64,000 bases of DNA from an uncultured Chthonomonadaceae bacterium (GTDB taxonomy: Bacteria; Armatimonadota; Chthonomonadetes; Chthonomonadales; Chthonomonadaceae), in the NCBI GenBank assembly GCA_963817895.1, contig CAWFQB010000003.1:160001-224000 (forward strand). The letters are read 5' to 3'. Position numbers and translations under genes: made by a program. How positions within the stretch are numbered: the stretch's first letter is position 1; each line of letters opens with the position of its first letter. The notes below the pieces were generated by a model. That model saw only the letters and a program-made list of their open reading frames with translations, was not told the DNA's origin and did not search any database. This document shows, piece by piece, positions 20,272 through 29,780 of the stretch.

Positions 20272-20561
20272 TCTGTTTCGCCTGTTTCCTGCAAGTTAGC
20301 GCTTATTGTTTGGGAACAAAAGAAACAATTAAAGAAAACAGGAAGCCGCCCGCCAGAGGAAATTTCGATTTCCCTATCCATAGGCCGATGAAGTGTGGTA
20401 TACTTCATCGGCCTCTCAAAATGGCTATGCCTTTTTTGCCGTCTACGTAGTGATACATCACTGTTGCGAGACGGCCTGAACCGTTTTCATGTATCGAACA
20501 GGGTCGCGAACCACAAGAAGGAGCGCGACGCAGGCGGATTGTATGGCCTGCATATTCTTGG

Positions 20562-20686
20562 CTGGTGGTTGGTGGTTGGTGGTTGGTGACTGGTTGATTT
20601 TGTCTGTAAGCTTCGCATTTCGATACGAACCTTTATTTGTACGAGAATTAACCAGTCACCAACCACCAACCACCAACCACCAAGCA
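20562..20686. repeat. Inverted tandem heptamer pair (TGGTGGT)n / (ACCACCA)n
   Basis: Directly visible upstream of rpsN. Confidence 0.9.
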
Positions 20687-20704
20687 TCAACGAAGGAGTT
20701 TGTA

Positions 20705-20890
20705 TTGGCAAAACAAGCATTGATTGAAAAATGCAAGCGCAAGCCCAAGTTCGCGGTGCGCGCGTACACGCGCTGCAACGTCTGCGGGCGTCCGCGAGGC
20801 GTGTTCCGCCGCTTCGGGTTGTGCCGCATCTGTTTCCGCGAAATGTCGCACAAGGGATTAATTCCCGGCGTCACCAAGTCGAGCTGGTAA
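20705..20890 (+). CDS. rpsN: 30S ribosomal protein S14, zinc-binding (type Z)
   Basis: TTG start after AAGGAG; 61 aa MAKQALIEK...RCNVCGRPR...LCRICFRE...GVTKSSW. Confidence 0.96.
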   Translation: MAKQALIEKCKRKPKFAVRAYTRCNVCGRPRGVFRRFGLCRICFREMSHKGLIPGVTKSSW

Positions 20891-20909
20891 AGGAAAGGAT
20901 TAACCCAAC

Positions 20910-21311
20910 ATGGCTTACACAACCGATCCTGTCGCCGACCTGCTGACCCGTATTCGCAACGCGAATCGCGCCAACCACGACGCGCTGGAAATCTCCTCTT
21001 CTAATTTGAAGATCGAAATCGTCAAAATCCTGACCGCCGAAGGCTTTATCAAGGGTTACGATGTTATCAAGCAGGTTCCCCAGGACAAAATTAAAATCAC
21101 GCTTAAGTACGGCTCCAAGCGCGAGAAGGTGATTACCCAATTGAAGCGCATCAGCAAGCCCGGCCTGCGCGTGTACTGCAACAAGGACAATGTGCCTCGC
21201 GTTCTGCGCGGTTTGGGCATTGCCGTCCTGTCCACGTCGCACGGCGTGATGACCGACCGCGAAGCCCGCAGGCGCGGCGTCGGCGGCGAAGTTCTTTGCT
21301 ATGTGTATTAA
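20910..21311 (+). CDS. rpsH: 30S ribosomal protein S8
   Basis: [23 protein letters not shown] and GGEVLCYV. Confidence 0.97.
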   Translation: MAYTTDPVADLLTRIRNANRANHDALEISSSNLKIEIVKILTAEGFIKGYDVIKQVPQDKIKITLKYGSKREKVITQLKRISKPGLRVYCNKDNVPRVLRGLGIAVLSTSHGVMTDREARRRGVGGEVLCYVY

Positions 21312-21314
21312 GGA

Positions 21315-21444
21315 GGTAGACGGTAGACGGTAGACGGTAGACGGTAGAAAAAACTTCTTTGCTGCGCGCTGTTCTGTTTTGTAGCAAGCATGATTTCAGA
21401 GTGAGGCCTTTCTACCGTCTACCGTCTACCGTCTACCGTCTACC
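21315..21444. repeat. Inverted tandem heptamer pair (GGTAGAC)x5 / (GTCTACC)n
   Basis: Directly visible between rpsH and rplF. Confidence 0.9.
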
Positions 21445-21456
21445 CGGAGAGCATCC

Positions 21457-22032
21457 ATGTCTCGAATTGGAAAACGTCCCATTCCCGTGCCGGCTGGCGT
21501 GGCGATTACGCCAACCCCGGATGGGCTGGTAACAATTAAAGGCCCGAAAGGGACGCTGACGCGACAGTTCAGCCCCGACATTACCCTGCGCCAGGAAGAC
21601 GGCACTCTGCACGTTGAGCGGCCCACAGACGGCAAAGAGCATCGCGCTTTGCACGGTCTGACCCGCACTCTCGTTGCCAACATGATCGAAGGCGTCACCA
21701 CAGGCTACACCCGCCAGTTGGAAGTGCAGGGCGTCGGTTTCCGCGCCGCAGTCAATGGAGCGATTTTGACGCTCAACGTTGGCTTCTCCCACTCCATTGA
21801 AGTGCTGCCCCGCGAGGGCATTGCGTTCGCCGTCGCCAACGACCCGCAATCCCGTAACCCGGTCATCACAATTACGGGCATTGACAAAGAGCGCGTCGGC
21901 CAGACGGCTGCCGAAATCCGCAAACTTCGCAAACCCGAACCCTACAAGGGCAAAGGCATCCGCTACAAAGGCGAAGCCGTGCGCCGCAAACAGGGCAAGG
22001 CCAGCGGCAAGGGCGGCAAGGGTAAGAAGTAG
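21457..22032 (+). CDS. rplF: 50S ribosomal protein L6
   Basis: MSRIGKRPI, HGLTRTLVANM and PEPYKGKGIRY. Confidence 0.97.
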   Translation: MSRIGKRPIPVPAGVAITPTPDGLVTIKGPKGTLTRQFSPDITLRQEDGTLHVERPTDGKEHRALHGLTRTLVANMIEGVTTGYTRQLEVQGVGFRAAVNGAILTLNVGFSHSIEVLPREGIAFAVANDPQSRNPVITITGIDKERVGQTAAEIRKLRKPEPYKGKGIRYKGEAVRRKQGKASGKGGKGKK

Positions 22033-22121
22033 ATACGAGATACAAGATAAGAGATACGAGGAAAAGCTGTATTCGATAGGCGCATTGCCCTCGTATCTCA
22101 TATCTCTTATCTTGTATCTCC
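22030..22121. repeat. Inverted tandem heptamer pair (AGATACG)n / (CGTATCT)n
   Basis: Between rplF and rplR; the same unit recurs at 30799-30906. Confidence 0.85.
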
Positions 22122-22146
22122 TGAGCCAGAGGAAAACACAACCATT

Positions 22147-22512
22147 ATGAAACCTGATGAAAAGGAAGCGCTGCGGCGCAAGCGCCACAAGCGCCTGCGT
22201 TACAAAGTGGCCGGAACCGCCGAACGGCCCCGCCTCAATGTATCGCGCAGTCTACAGCATATCTATGCGCAGTTGATTGATGATGTCACCGGAACCACGC
22301 TTGCGACTGCTTCCACCGTAGATGCCGGTTTGCGCGTGTCCCTGAAGACCGGCGGGAATGTGGAAGCCGCGAAAGCCGTCGGCGCGCTGATCGCCGAACG
22401 CGCGCTGGCAAAAGGCGTCAATGCTGTCGTGTTTGATCGCGGCGGCTACAAATATCATGGCCGCGTCCAGGCGCTCGCGGACAGCGCGCGTGAAGGCGGA
22501 CTAAAATTCTAG
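22147..22512 (+). CDS. rplR: 50S ribosomal protein L18
   Basis: [10 protein letters not shown] and [12 protein letters not shown]. Confidence 0.97.
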   Translation: MKPDEKEALRRKRHKRLRYKVAGTAERPRLNVSRSLQHIYAQLIDDVTGTTLATASTVDAGLRVSLKTGGNVEAAKAVGALIAERALAKGVNAVVFDRGGYKYHGRVQALADSAREGGLKF

Positions 22513-22642
22513 GTAGATGAGTAGATGGGTAGTCGGTAGATAGGTAGAAAAGCCTGCTACATACAATGCCTCTTGTTAAGATGAAAGATGTAGAGTAGAG
22601 AAACTCTACCCATCTACCTGACTACCTATCTACTCATCTACC
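22512..22642. repeat. Inverted tandem octamer pair (GTAGATAG-like) / (CTATCTAC-like)
   Basis: Between rplR and rpsE; the same unit recurs at 42457-42571. Confidence 0.85.
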
Positions 22643-22659
22643 TTCTAAAGGAGTTTCCA

Positions 22660-23199
22660 TTGGCAAGAATCAATCCTGATAAACTGGGCGATCTGGAAGA
22701 GCGCGTGGTACGCACCAACAAATGCCAGAAAACCACCAAGGGTGGCCGCAATATGAGCTGGAGCGCTCTGGTCATTGTAGGCGACCGCAACGGTCACGTC
22801 GGCGCGGGTCTGGGCAAAGCGCGCGCTATTCCCGACGCGATCCGCAAGGGCGTGGAAGCGGCGAAAAAGAACATCATCGAAATTCCGACGATTGGCGGCA
22901 CGTTGCCGCACGAAATTTTCGAGACCGAAGGCGCGGCGGAAGTGATGCTTCGTCCGGCTTCGCCGGGAACCGGAATCGTGGCGGGCAGTTCCATGCGAAC
23001 CATTCTGGAACTGGGCGGCATCCATGATGTGCTTGGCAAATCGCTCGGCTCTTCCAACGCGACCAACATCTGCTGGGCCACCATGTCCGCGCTGAAGAAA
23101 CTGAAGCGCGTGGAAGACGTGGCGCGGCTGCGCTCGACTACTGTAGAAGCCTTGATGCCCTGGATTCACAAGGCGGAAGGGAACAACCATGTCGGCTAA
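22660..23199 (+). CDS. rpsE: 30S ribosomal protein S5
   Basis: [21 protein letters not shown] and [13 protein letters not shown]. Confidence 0.96.
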   Translation: MARINPDKLGDLEERVVRTNKCQKTTKGGRNMSWSALVIVGDRNGHVGAGLGKARAIPDAIRKGVEAAKKNIIEIPTIGGTLPHEIFETEGAAEVMLRPASPGTGIVAGSSMRTILELGGIHDVLGKSLGSSNATNICWATMSALKKLKRVEDVARLRSTTVEALMPWIHKAEGNNHVG

Positions 23200-23380
23200 A
23201 TTGAAAATCACGCTCAAGCGCAGCCCCATCGGCTACAACAAAGATCAGGGCGCGACGGTCAAAGGGCTTGGCCTGAAGAAAATCAACCAGACTGTTGAAC
23301 AGGACGACAACGCCGTGATTCGCGGCATGGTCCACAAAGTTCAGCATCTGCTTGAAGTGGAATACGTCGCAAGCAACTAA
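23189..23380 (+). CDS. rpmD: 50S ribosomal protein L30
   Basis: [10 protein letters not shown]...LGLKK...[11 protein letters not shown]. Confidence 0.95.
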   Translation: MSAKLKITLKRSPIGYNKDQGATVKGLGLKKINQTVEQDDNAVIRGMVHKVQHLLEVEYVASN

Positions 23381-23501
23381 CCATTTTCACCTATTTTCTG
23401 AAACCGTTTGCGGATTAGCTTCGTTTTAGGTATACTTAGTCCTAATGCTGATCCGCAGGCATTTTCTTTTCTCTTTTACGGAAGAGACGCAGGAATCTAT
23501 T

Positions 23502-23966
23502 ATGCCTATCGGATTGCATACATTGAAACCCGCCGAAGGCTCCACGCACCGCCGCAAGCGCATCGGGCGCGGCATCGGTTCGGGACACGGCAAAACGTCC
23601 ACGCGCGGACACAAGGGAAACAAGGCGCGCGGACAGATCAATCCCAACTTTGAAGGCGGCCAGACACCGCTGCACCGCCGTCTGCCACAATTGCGCGGCT
23701 TCAAGCCCGTCAACAAGAAAGAGTACGCTCTTATCAATGTGGACGCGCTTCAGGAGCAGTTCGAGGACGGCGCGGAAGTGACGCCCGACATCCTGCTGGC
23801 GCGGGGAATTTTGCGCGACATTTACGACGGGCTGAAGATTCTGGGCAACGGCGAAGTGTCCCGAAAACTCACCGTCCGCGCGCACAAGTTCAGCCAATCC
23901 GCGCAGGATAAAATTACGGCGGCAGGCGGCACTGTGGTTGTTCTGGCGACTGAGAGGAAAAAGTAA
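23502..23966 (+). CDS. rplO: 50S ribosomal protein L15
   Basis: RIGRGIGSGHGKTSTRGHKG and FEGGQTPLHRRLP. Confidence 0.96.
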   Translation: MPIGLHTLKPAEGSTHRRKRIGRGIGSGHGKTSTRGHKGNKARGQINPNFEGGQTPLHRRLPQLRGFKPVNKKEYALINVDALQEQFEDGAEVTPDILLARGILRDIYDGLKILGNGEVSRKLTVRAHKFSQSAQDKITAAGGTVVVLATERKK

Positions 23967-23970
23967 GACC

Positions 23971-25287
23971 ATGTTACAGGCAATGCAGCGGGCGCTGGCG
24001 ATCCCGGAACTGAAACGTCGCATTCTATTCGTGTTGGGGATGCTGGCGCTGTTCGCGCTGGGAGCGCATATTCCCGCGCCCGGTATTCGCGACCCGGAGA
24101 AACTGGCGAGACTGCTGCAGGCCAACTCGAACAACCTGATTGGGCTGATTGACGTATTTTCGGGCGGCGCTCTGAAGCGCATGTCTGTCTTCGCGCTGGG
24201 ATTGCAGCCCTACATCAACAGTTCGATCATCATGCAGATGATGACCATTGCCATTCCGCAACTGGACGCCATGCAAAAAGAGGGCAAATCCGGGCGCAAG
24301 CAGATTGCGAAGATTACGCGCAACGTAACCGTCGTGCTGGCAATCGTACAGGCGTTCGGCCTGACGATTCTGTTCACGCGCCTGGGACATCCTTTCTCCC
24401 TCGGTGATCGTTTGATACTCGTGACCTCGCTGGTGGCGGGCGCGAGTTTCCTGCTGTGGCTGGGCGAACAGGTGACGCAGAAGGGCGTCGGAAACGGCAT
24501 TTCACTGCTGATTTTCGCGGGCATTCTGCTTAGTTTGCGCGGGCAGGCCAATCTGGTAATTGCTCAAATCACGTCACACAACGTTCCTTGGTTCAACCTG
24601 ATTTTCCTGTTCGCCGCCTTTTTCTTCACGGTATTGGCGGTTGTGTATGTGACGCAGGGGATACGGCGCGTTCCCATCCACCATACCAAGCGGGTCATCG
24701 GGATGCGGGCGTCGCAAACCGGCACTTCGTACCTGCCTATCAAGGTGAACTCGGCGGGCGTTATCCCGATCATTTTCGCGATTTCGCTGATGCTGTTCCC
24801 GGCCACGCTGGTCAACCTGCTGCCCGGCACGGCGGGCGATCCGGGCTTTTACGGGTCGCTGAAAGTGTGGATGCAGAACCTGAGTCCGGGGCAGACGTGG
24901 TACGCGACGGCTTTGTACGCGCTGCTGGTCATCGTGTTCACCTATTTCTACACGGCCATCGTGATGAACGTGCAGGAGATGGCGGACAATCTCAAAAAGT
25001 ACGGCAACTACATTCCGGGCATCCGTCCGGGTACGCCGACCTACGAGTATCTGGACAAAGTGATTTCGCGCATCACCCTTGCGGGAGCCGTCTTCCTCGC
25101 CCTGATCGCGTTGACGCAGTACATCATTCCAAGCGTGACCAAGTTCACCAGCGTAACGCTTGTGGGCGGAACGTCGCTGCTGATTATTGTCGGCGTGGCG
25201 ATTGAAACCATGCAGGCCATCGAAGCGCAACTGCTGATGCGCAACTACGAAGGCTTCATCAAGACAAAGGCGGAAGAGCAGTCGTAA
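23971..25287 (+). CDS. secY: Preprotein translocase SecY
   Basis: SVFALGLQPYINSSII, WLGEQVTQKGVGNGISL, AGVIPIIFA, IPGIRPG and GGTSLLIIVGVA. Confidence 0.97.
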   Translation: MLQAMQRALAIPELKRRILFVLGMLALFALGAHIPAPGIRDPEKLARLLQANSNNLIGLIDVFSGGALKRMSVFALGLQPYINSSIIMQMMTIAIPQLDAMQKEGKSGRKQIAKITRNVTVVLAIVQAFGLTILFTRLGHPFSLGDRLILVTSLVAGASFLLWLGEQVTQKGVGNGISLLIFAGILLSLRGQANLVIAQITSHNVPWFNLIFLFAAFFFTVLAVVYVTQGIRRVPIHHTKRVIGMRASQTGTSYLPIKVNSAGVIPIIFAISLMLFPATLVNLLPGTAGDPGFYGSLKVWMQNLSPGQTWYATALYALLVIVFTYFYTAIVMNVQEMADNLKKYGNYIPGIRPGTPTYEYLDKVISRITLAGAVFLALIALTQYIIPSVTKFTSVTLVGGTSLLIIVGVAIETMQAIEAQLLMRNYEGFIKTKAEEQS

Positions 25288-25438
25288 CAGGGAAAAAGGA
25301 GTAAAGAAAAAAGGAGAAAGCCTTCGCTATGATGCTGGCATCTTGGTTGGGAGAGAATATGCGTCCGTTTCAACAGGCTGGCTTTTTCCTTTTTCCTTTT
25401 TCCTTTTTTCTGCGGCGAAGCGATAGAGGCTCAGGCGC

Positions 25439-26095
25439 ATGATCGTGATACTGCTCGGACCGCCGGGGGTAGGCAAAGGCACGCAGGGTGGGCGGATTTC
25501 CGTTCACTACAGTGTGCCTACCATTTCTACGGGAGCCATGTTCCGCGATGCCGTTGCGCGGGGTACGGAACTGGGGCGCATCATTCAGCGGTATAAGATT
25601 GAGAAGGGCGAATACGTCCCGGATGATGTGGTGATACAGGCGGTCAAGGCGCGTACCGAAGAACCGGACTGCGCGGCGGGATTTCTGCTCGATGGCTTTC
25701 CGCGCACCATTCCACAGGCCGAAGCGCTGGAAACGATGCTGGCGACGCAGGAGCGCAGGCTGAACTGCGTTCTGGATTTTGAAGCGCCGATTGCCGATAT
25801 TGTGGGCCGGTTCAGCGGGCGGCGCGTGTGTCCGCGCGACGGCTCCACGTACCATATCGAATCGCAGCCTCCCCTCATTGCGGGATTGTGCGATTTGTGC
25901 GGGACGCCGCTGGAACGCCGTCCGGATGATGACCCGGATGTGGTGCAGCGCCGTCTGGAAGTTTATGCCGAAAAAACCGCGCCTTTAGTGACCTACTATC
26001 GCGAACGCAACATGCTGTACACTATAGATGCGGACGCCGCGCCGGAAACCGTATTCAGCGCGGTTGTCGCCATCTTGAACAAGCAGCGTAAATAG
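25439..26095 (+). CDS. adk: Adenylate kinase
   Basis: GPPGVGKGTQ, LLDGFPRT and a LID domain RRVCPRD...CDLC. Confidence 0.95.
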   Translation: MIVILLGPPGVGKGTQGGRISVHYSVPTISTGAMFRDAVARGTELGRIIQRYKIEKGEYVPDDVVIQAVKARTEEPDCAAGFLLDGFPRTIPQAEALETMLATQERRLNCVLDFEAPIADIVGRFSGRRVCPRDGSTYHIESQPPLIAGLCDLCGTPLERRPDDDPDVVQRRLEVYAEKTAPLVTYYRERNMLYTIDADAAPETVFSAVVAILNKQRK

Positions 26096-26113
26096 TTTTT
26101 GGAAACCAGTAAC

Positions 26114-26878
26114 ATGACTACTATTTTGAAGTCGCCGCAACAAATAGCCAAAATGCGGGCTGCAGGGCGCGTGGTACGAAAAGTGCTGAATGAAACCGGC
26201 GCGGCGGCAGTTCCCGGCATTACAACGGGCGAACTGGAAGATATGGCCGCACGTATCATTTCAGAGCATGGCGGCACATCGCCATTTTTGGGATACGCGC
26301 CCGGAGCGCATCCGCCCTTTCCCGCCTGGACGTGCATCTCAGTCAATGAAGAGGTGGTGCATGGCGTACCGGGACGGCGCGTATTGAAAGAGGGCGATAT
26401 TGTCACGATTGACTGCGGCGTAGAACTGGATGGCTGGATGGCGGACAGCGCGTGGACGTTTGGGGTGGGTAAAATTTCGCCGCAGGCCGAACGTTTGCTG
26501 AAGGTGACGGAAGAGGCGCTGTATAAAGGGATTGAAAAAGCGCGCAAAGGCAACCGCACAGGCGATATTGGTTACGCGGTGCAGAAGTACGCGGAAACGC
26601 ACGGTTTTTCAGTCGTGCGGGAACTGACCGGACACGGGGTAGGCACGGAACTACATGAAGAGCTTCAAGTGCCAAATCACGGATCGCGTGGGCGCGGCGA
26701 CTTGTTGCGCAGCGGAATGACGTTTGCTATCGAACCGATGCTCAATGCCGGCAAGCAGGACATCAAGTACCATGACGATGGCTGGACCATCGTGACCGCG
26801 GACGGCAAATTGTCCGCGCATTTCGAACACACGGTCGCCATCGTGGATGGTGGCGTCCAAATTCTTACGAAGGAATAG
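26114..26878 (+). CDS. map: Methionine aminopeptidase type I
   Basis: CISVNEEVVHGVP, GHGVG..LHE, FAIEPM and SAHFEHT. Confidence 0.96.
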   Translation: MTTILKSPQQIAKMRAAGRVVRKVLNETGAAAVPGITTGELEDMAARIISEHGGTSPFLGYAPGAHPPFPAWTCISVNEEVVHGVPGRRVLKEGDIVTIDCGVELDGWMADSAWTFGVGKISPQAERLLKVTEEALYKGIEKARKGNRTGDIGYAVQKYAETHGFSVVRELTGHGVGTELHEELQVPNHGSRGRGDLLRSGMTFAIEPMLNAGKQDIKYHDDGWTIVTADGKLSAHFEHTVAIVDGGVQILTKE

Positions 26879-26977
26879 GTATTCGGTGTTCGGTGTTCGG
26901 TGTTCGGTGTTCGGAAATGCTCACTAATAGAAGTATCCTCCGAATACCCAATACCGAACGCCGAATACCGAATACCT
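26878..26977. repeat. Inverted tandem heptamer pair (GTGTTCG)n / (CCGAATA)n
   Basis: Between map and infA. Confidence 0.85.
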
Positions 26978-26990
26978 ACACGGAGACTGA

Positions 26991-27374
26991 ATGCCACCAC
27001 CCAAAAGACCAACAGGACCCGCGCGACCCGGCGGCGCGAGTGGGAGCGGACCACAGCGACGCGGGTCGGGCGGCCCATCACGAGGCGGCGGAGGCGGCGG
27101 AGGCGGCGGGCCACGCAAACCACCGCCAACGACGGAAGACAACGGCGGCAAAGAACCCGGCATCGAAGTGGAGGGCTTGATTGTGGAAGCCCTTCCGAAC
27201 GCGATGTTTCGCGTGGAAATCCCTGTCGGCGAGCAGAAGAAAGTTGTGCTTGCGCACGTTTCCGGCAAAATGCGGCAAAACTACATCCGTATTCTGCCCG
27301 GGGATCGCGTGTTGGTAGAACTTTCCCCGTATGACCTTGAGCGTGGGCGTATCCGCTATCGCTACAAAGCATAA
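26991..27374 (+). CDS. infA: Translation initiation factor IF-1 with Gly/Pro/Arg-rich N-terminal extension
   Basis: Core [22 protein letters not shown]...[32 protein letters not shown] preceded by GGAG. Confidence 0.93.
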   Translation: MPPPKRPTGPARPGGASGSGPQRRGSGGPSRGGGGGGGGGPRKPPPTTEDNGGKEPGIEVEGLIVEALPNAMFRVEIPVGEQKKVVLAHVSGKMRQNYIRILPGDRVLVELSPYDLERGRIRYRYKA

Positions 27375-27384
27375 TGCTTCTCGC

Positions 27385-27546
27385 GTAGGGGTTCTGCTTG
27401 CTGAACCCTCCTGAAAAGGGCGCGAGCGCTTATGGAAGGGGCAGCAACCCGCCATTTAGAGCGCGGCAATCTGCCCTGTTGACGTGGTAAGCGCTCATAA
27501 AGGGGCGGCAAACGCTCATAGAGGGCGCGGCAAGCAGCGCCCCTAC
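27385..27546. repeat. GTAG-type REP doublet (REPIN-like)
   Basis: gtaggggttctgcttgctgaaccctc and an inverted gagggcgcggcaagcagcgcccctac, enclosing imperfect ~21-nt direct repeats. Confidence 0.6.
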
Positions 27547-27862
27547 ATGAACCTTTCCCTGAACACGGGATCAATCGGCAGATAATCGCTGGGAAGTGGA
27601 AGAAAAACCTCTTTTCCTCTTCCGAAACTGTTCAATAGCATACTAACGATTCCTGTGGAAATGGACAGTTGCACCCGGTCGGAAGGTCGGGTGAGGATTG
27701 AAACTACGTTTCGGCAAAATATAGGGTATACTGTAGCGCACTGTCTGGAAACGCTTTTGTTTGCCGGACGGGGTTTGTTGTGTCTGTCAGGCAAACTCAG
27801 GCGGCTGCGACAGTATTGCGCTTTCAAGTTGTGAAAGCGCAGGACAGAACGGAGGGTTTCTC

Positions 27863-27976
27863 ATGAAAGTCCGCGCGTCCGTAAAGAAAATTTGCGAGAA
27901 GTGCAAAGTCATCAAACGCGAAGGCGTTGTGCGCGTCATCTGCGTCAACCCCAAGCATAAGCAGAGGCAAGGTTAG
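27863..27976 (+). CDS. rpmJ: 50S ribosomal protein L36
   Basis: [37 protein letters not shown]. Confidence 0.97.
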   Translation: MKVRASVKKICEKCKVIKREGVVRVICVNPKHKQRQG

Positions 27977-28066
27977 GAAAAAGGGAAAAGGGAAAAGGGA
28001 AAAGTAGCATTGCAGTTACTTTCTTCTTTCGCCTTTCTCCTTTCTCCTCCTCACAGGGAGGGTAGT

Positions 28067-28444
28067 TTGGCACGTATTGCTGGCGTGGACCTGCCACGCG
28101 ACAAACGCATCGAGTATGCGCTTACCTACATCTACGGCATCGGCCTGACCAGCGCCCAGAAGATCGTAGCGCGGGCGGGCATCAACCCGGTCACGCGGGT
28201 ACGCGATCTGACGGAAGGCGAAACCAACAAGGTCCGCGAAATCCTTGAAAAAGACTTTCGAGTTGAGGGTGATTTGCGGCGCGAGTTTCAGTTGAGCATC
28301 CGCCGTCTGATTGAAATTGGCTGCTATCGCGGTCTGCGCCATCGGCGCGGCCTGCCGGTACGCGGTCAGCGCACCAAAACTAACGCTCGATTCCGCAAAG
28401 GGCCGAAGCGCGCGGTTGCCGGTAAGAAGAAACCGAAGAAGTAG
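28067..28444 (+). CDS. rpsM: 30S ribosomal protein S13
   Basis: TTG start; ARIAGVDLP and [22 protein letters not shown]. Confidence 0.97.
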   Translation: MARIAGVDLPRDKRIEYALTYIYGIGLTSAQKIVARAGINPVTRVRDLTEGETNKVREILEKDFRVEGDLRREFQLSIRRLIEIGCYRGLRHRRGLPVRGQRTKTNARFRKGPKRAVAGKKKPKK

Positions 28445-28455
28445 GAGAGAATCGC

Positions 28456-28863
28456 ATGGCGAACAAACAAACGACGAAGGGCGCAGGCAAACCCAAGTCG
28501 AAAGAGAAAAAGAACGTGGTGGCCGGGATTGTGCATATCCAATCCACATTCAACAACACTCTGGTTACAATTACCGATATGCAGGGCGCAACCCTTTCGT
28601 GGGCCAGTGCGGGCAGCGTCGGAATGTTCAAAGGCACACGCAAAGGCACACCCTTCGCCGCGCAGATCGCTTCCGAGCGCGCGTCCCGCGCCGCAATGGA
28701 GCATGGCCTGCGTCGCGTGGAAGTGTATGTCAAGGGACCGGGCGCGGGTCGTGAAACGGCCATTCGTGCGCTGCAAACTGTCGGTTTGGAAGTCAGTCTC
28801 ATCAAGGACGTGACGCCCATTCCACACAACGGCTGCCGCCCGCCCAAGCGCCGCCGCGTATAA
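28456..28863 (+). CDS. rpsK: 30S ribosomal protein S11
   Basis: [17 protein letters not shown] and [18 protein letters not shown]. Confidence 0.97.
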   Translation: MANKQTTKGAGKPKSKEKKNVVAGIVHIQSTFNNTLVTITDMQGATLSWASAGSVGMFKGTRKGTPFAAQIASERASRAAMEHGLRRVEVYVKGPGAGRETAIRALQTVGLEVSLIKDVTPIPHNGCRPPKRRRV

Positions 28864-29094
28864 ACACTAATTTACGGTTATCAATTATCAATGTGATGTG
28901 CGGGTGGAGGAAGCGCAGGCTCTATTCAGCCTCGTGTAAACACCCAGGAGAGAACTGATAGTCGGATGAACGCGGATTCAGAGAAGAGGAAGAACGGCTT
29001 TGCCCTTCATCCCTCATCCTTCATCCTTCATCCTTTTCTCCTGCTGTCACTTGGTGGCAACTGTCAACAGACCACAAGGAGCATCTGGTTCGTT

Positions 29095-29766
29095 ATGGCT
29101 AATAATCATGATCCCCGGTGTCGCCAGTGTCGTCGCGAGGGATTAAAACTGTACCTCAAAGGCGACAAGTGCTTCACCCACTGTACGCTCGATAAGCAAA
29201 GCAGGGACGGCAAAACCAAATGGCGCGATAAGCCGCCGGGAATGCACGGCGCCCCTGCCTTTTCACGGAAAATCACGGAATACGGGCAGCAGTTGCGCGA
29301 AAAGCAGAAATTACGCCGCGTGTACCGCGTTCTGGAAAAACAATTTCACAACTATCTTGACGAAGCCCTGCGCCTGCCGGGAGTTACGGGTGAGAACCTG
29401 TTGCGCCTGCTGGAATCGCGCTTCGACAATGTGGTATATCGTCTGGGTTTTGCGGCCAGCCGGGCGCAGGGCCGCCAGATGATCTCGCACCGTCTTTTCA
29501 CTATTAACGGTCAGCGCGTCAACATTCCTTCGTATATTTTGAAGCCGGGTGATGTTGTAGGCGTTCACGAAAGCGCAACGAAGAGCGGCGGTATCCGCGA
29601 AGCCCGCGACCGCGTGATGAAGCGCAGCCTTCCCATCTGGCTTCAGTTCAATACGAATGCGATGGAGGGCCGCGTCGTGGCAATTCCTACGCTCAACGAG
29701 ATGAAAGAAGCCGGCGACATCGCCCACATTCGCGAACAGCTTATCATTGAGTTCTATTCGCGGTAG
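29095..29766 (+). CDS. rpsD: 30S ribosomal protein S4
   Basis: CRQCRREG..LYLKGDKC, EYGQQLREKQK, LESRFDNVVYRLG and IIEFYSR. Confidence 0.96.
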   Translation: MANNHDPRCRQCRREGLKLYLKGDKCFTHCTLDKQSRDGKTKWRDKPPGMHGAPAFSRKITEYGQQLREKQKLRRVYRVLEKQFHNYLDEALRLPGVTGENLLRLLESRFDNVVYRLGFAASRAQGRQMISHRLFTINGQRVNIPSYILKPGDVVGVHESATKSGGIREARDRVMKRSLPIWLQFNTNAMEGRVVAIPTLNEMKEAGDIAHIREQLIIEFYSR

Positions 29767-29780
29767 TAGAGGAGAGAAAT

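Noticed and set aside
20489..20704. N-terminal extension of S14 (WWLVVGDW...) and similar extensions of rplO, rpsM and rpsD in the ORF track
   Set aside because: These are translations of intergenic or repeat DNA. Canonical starts with RBS lie downstream.
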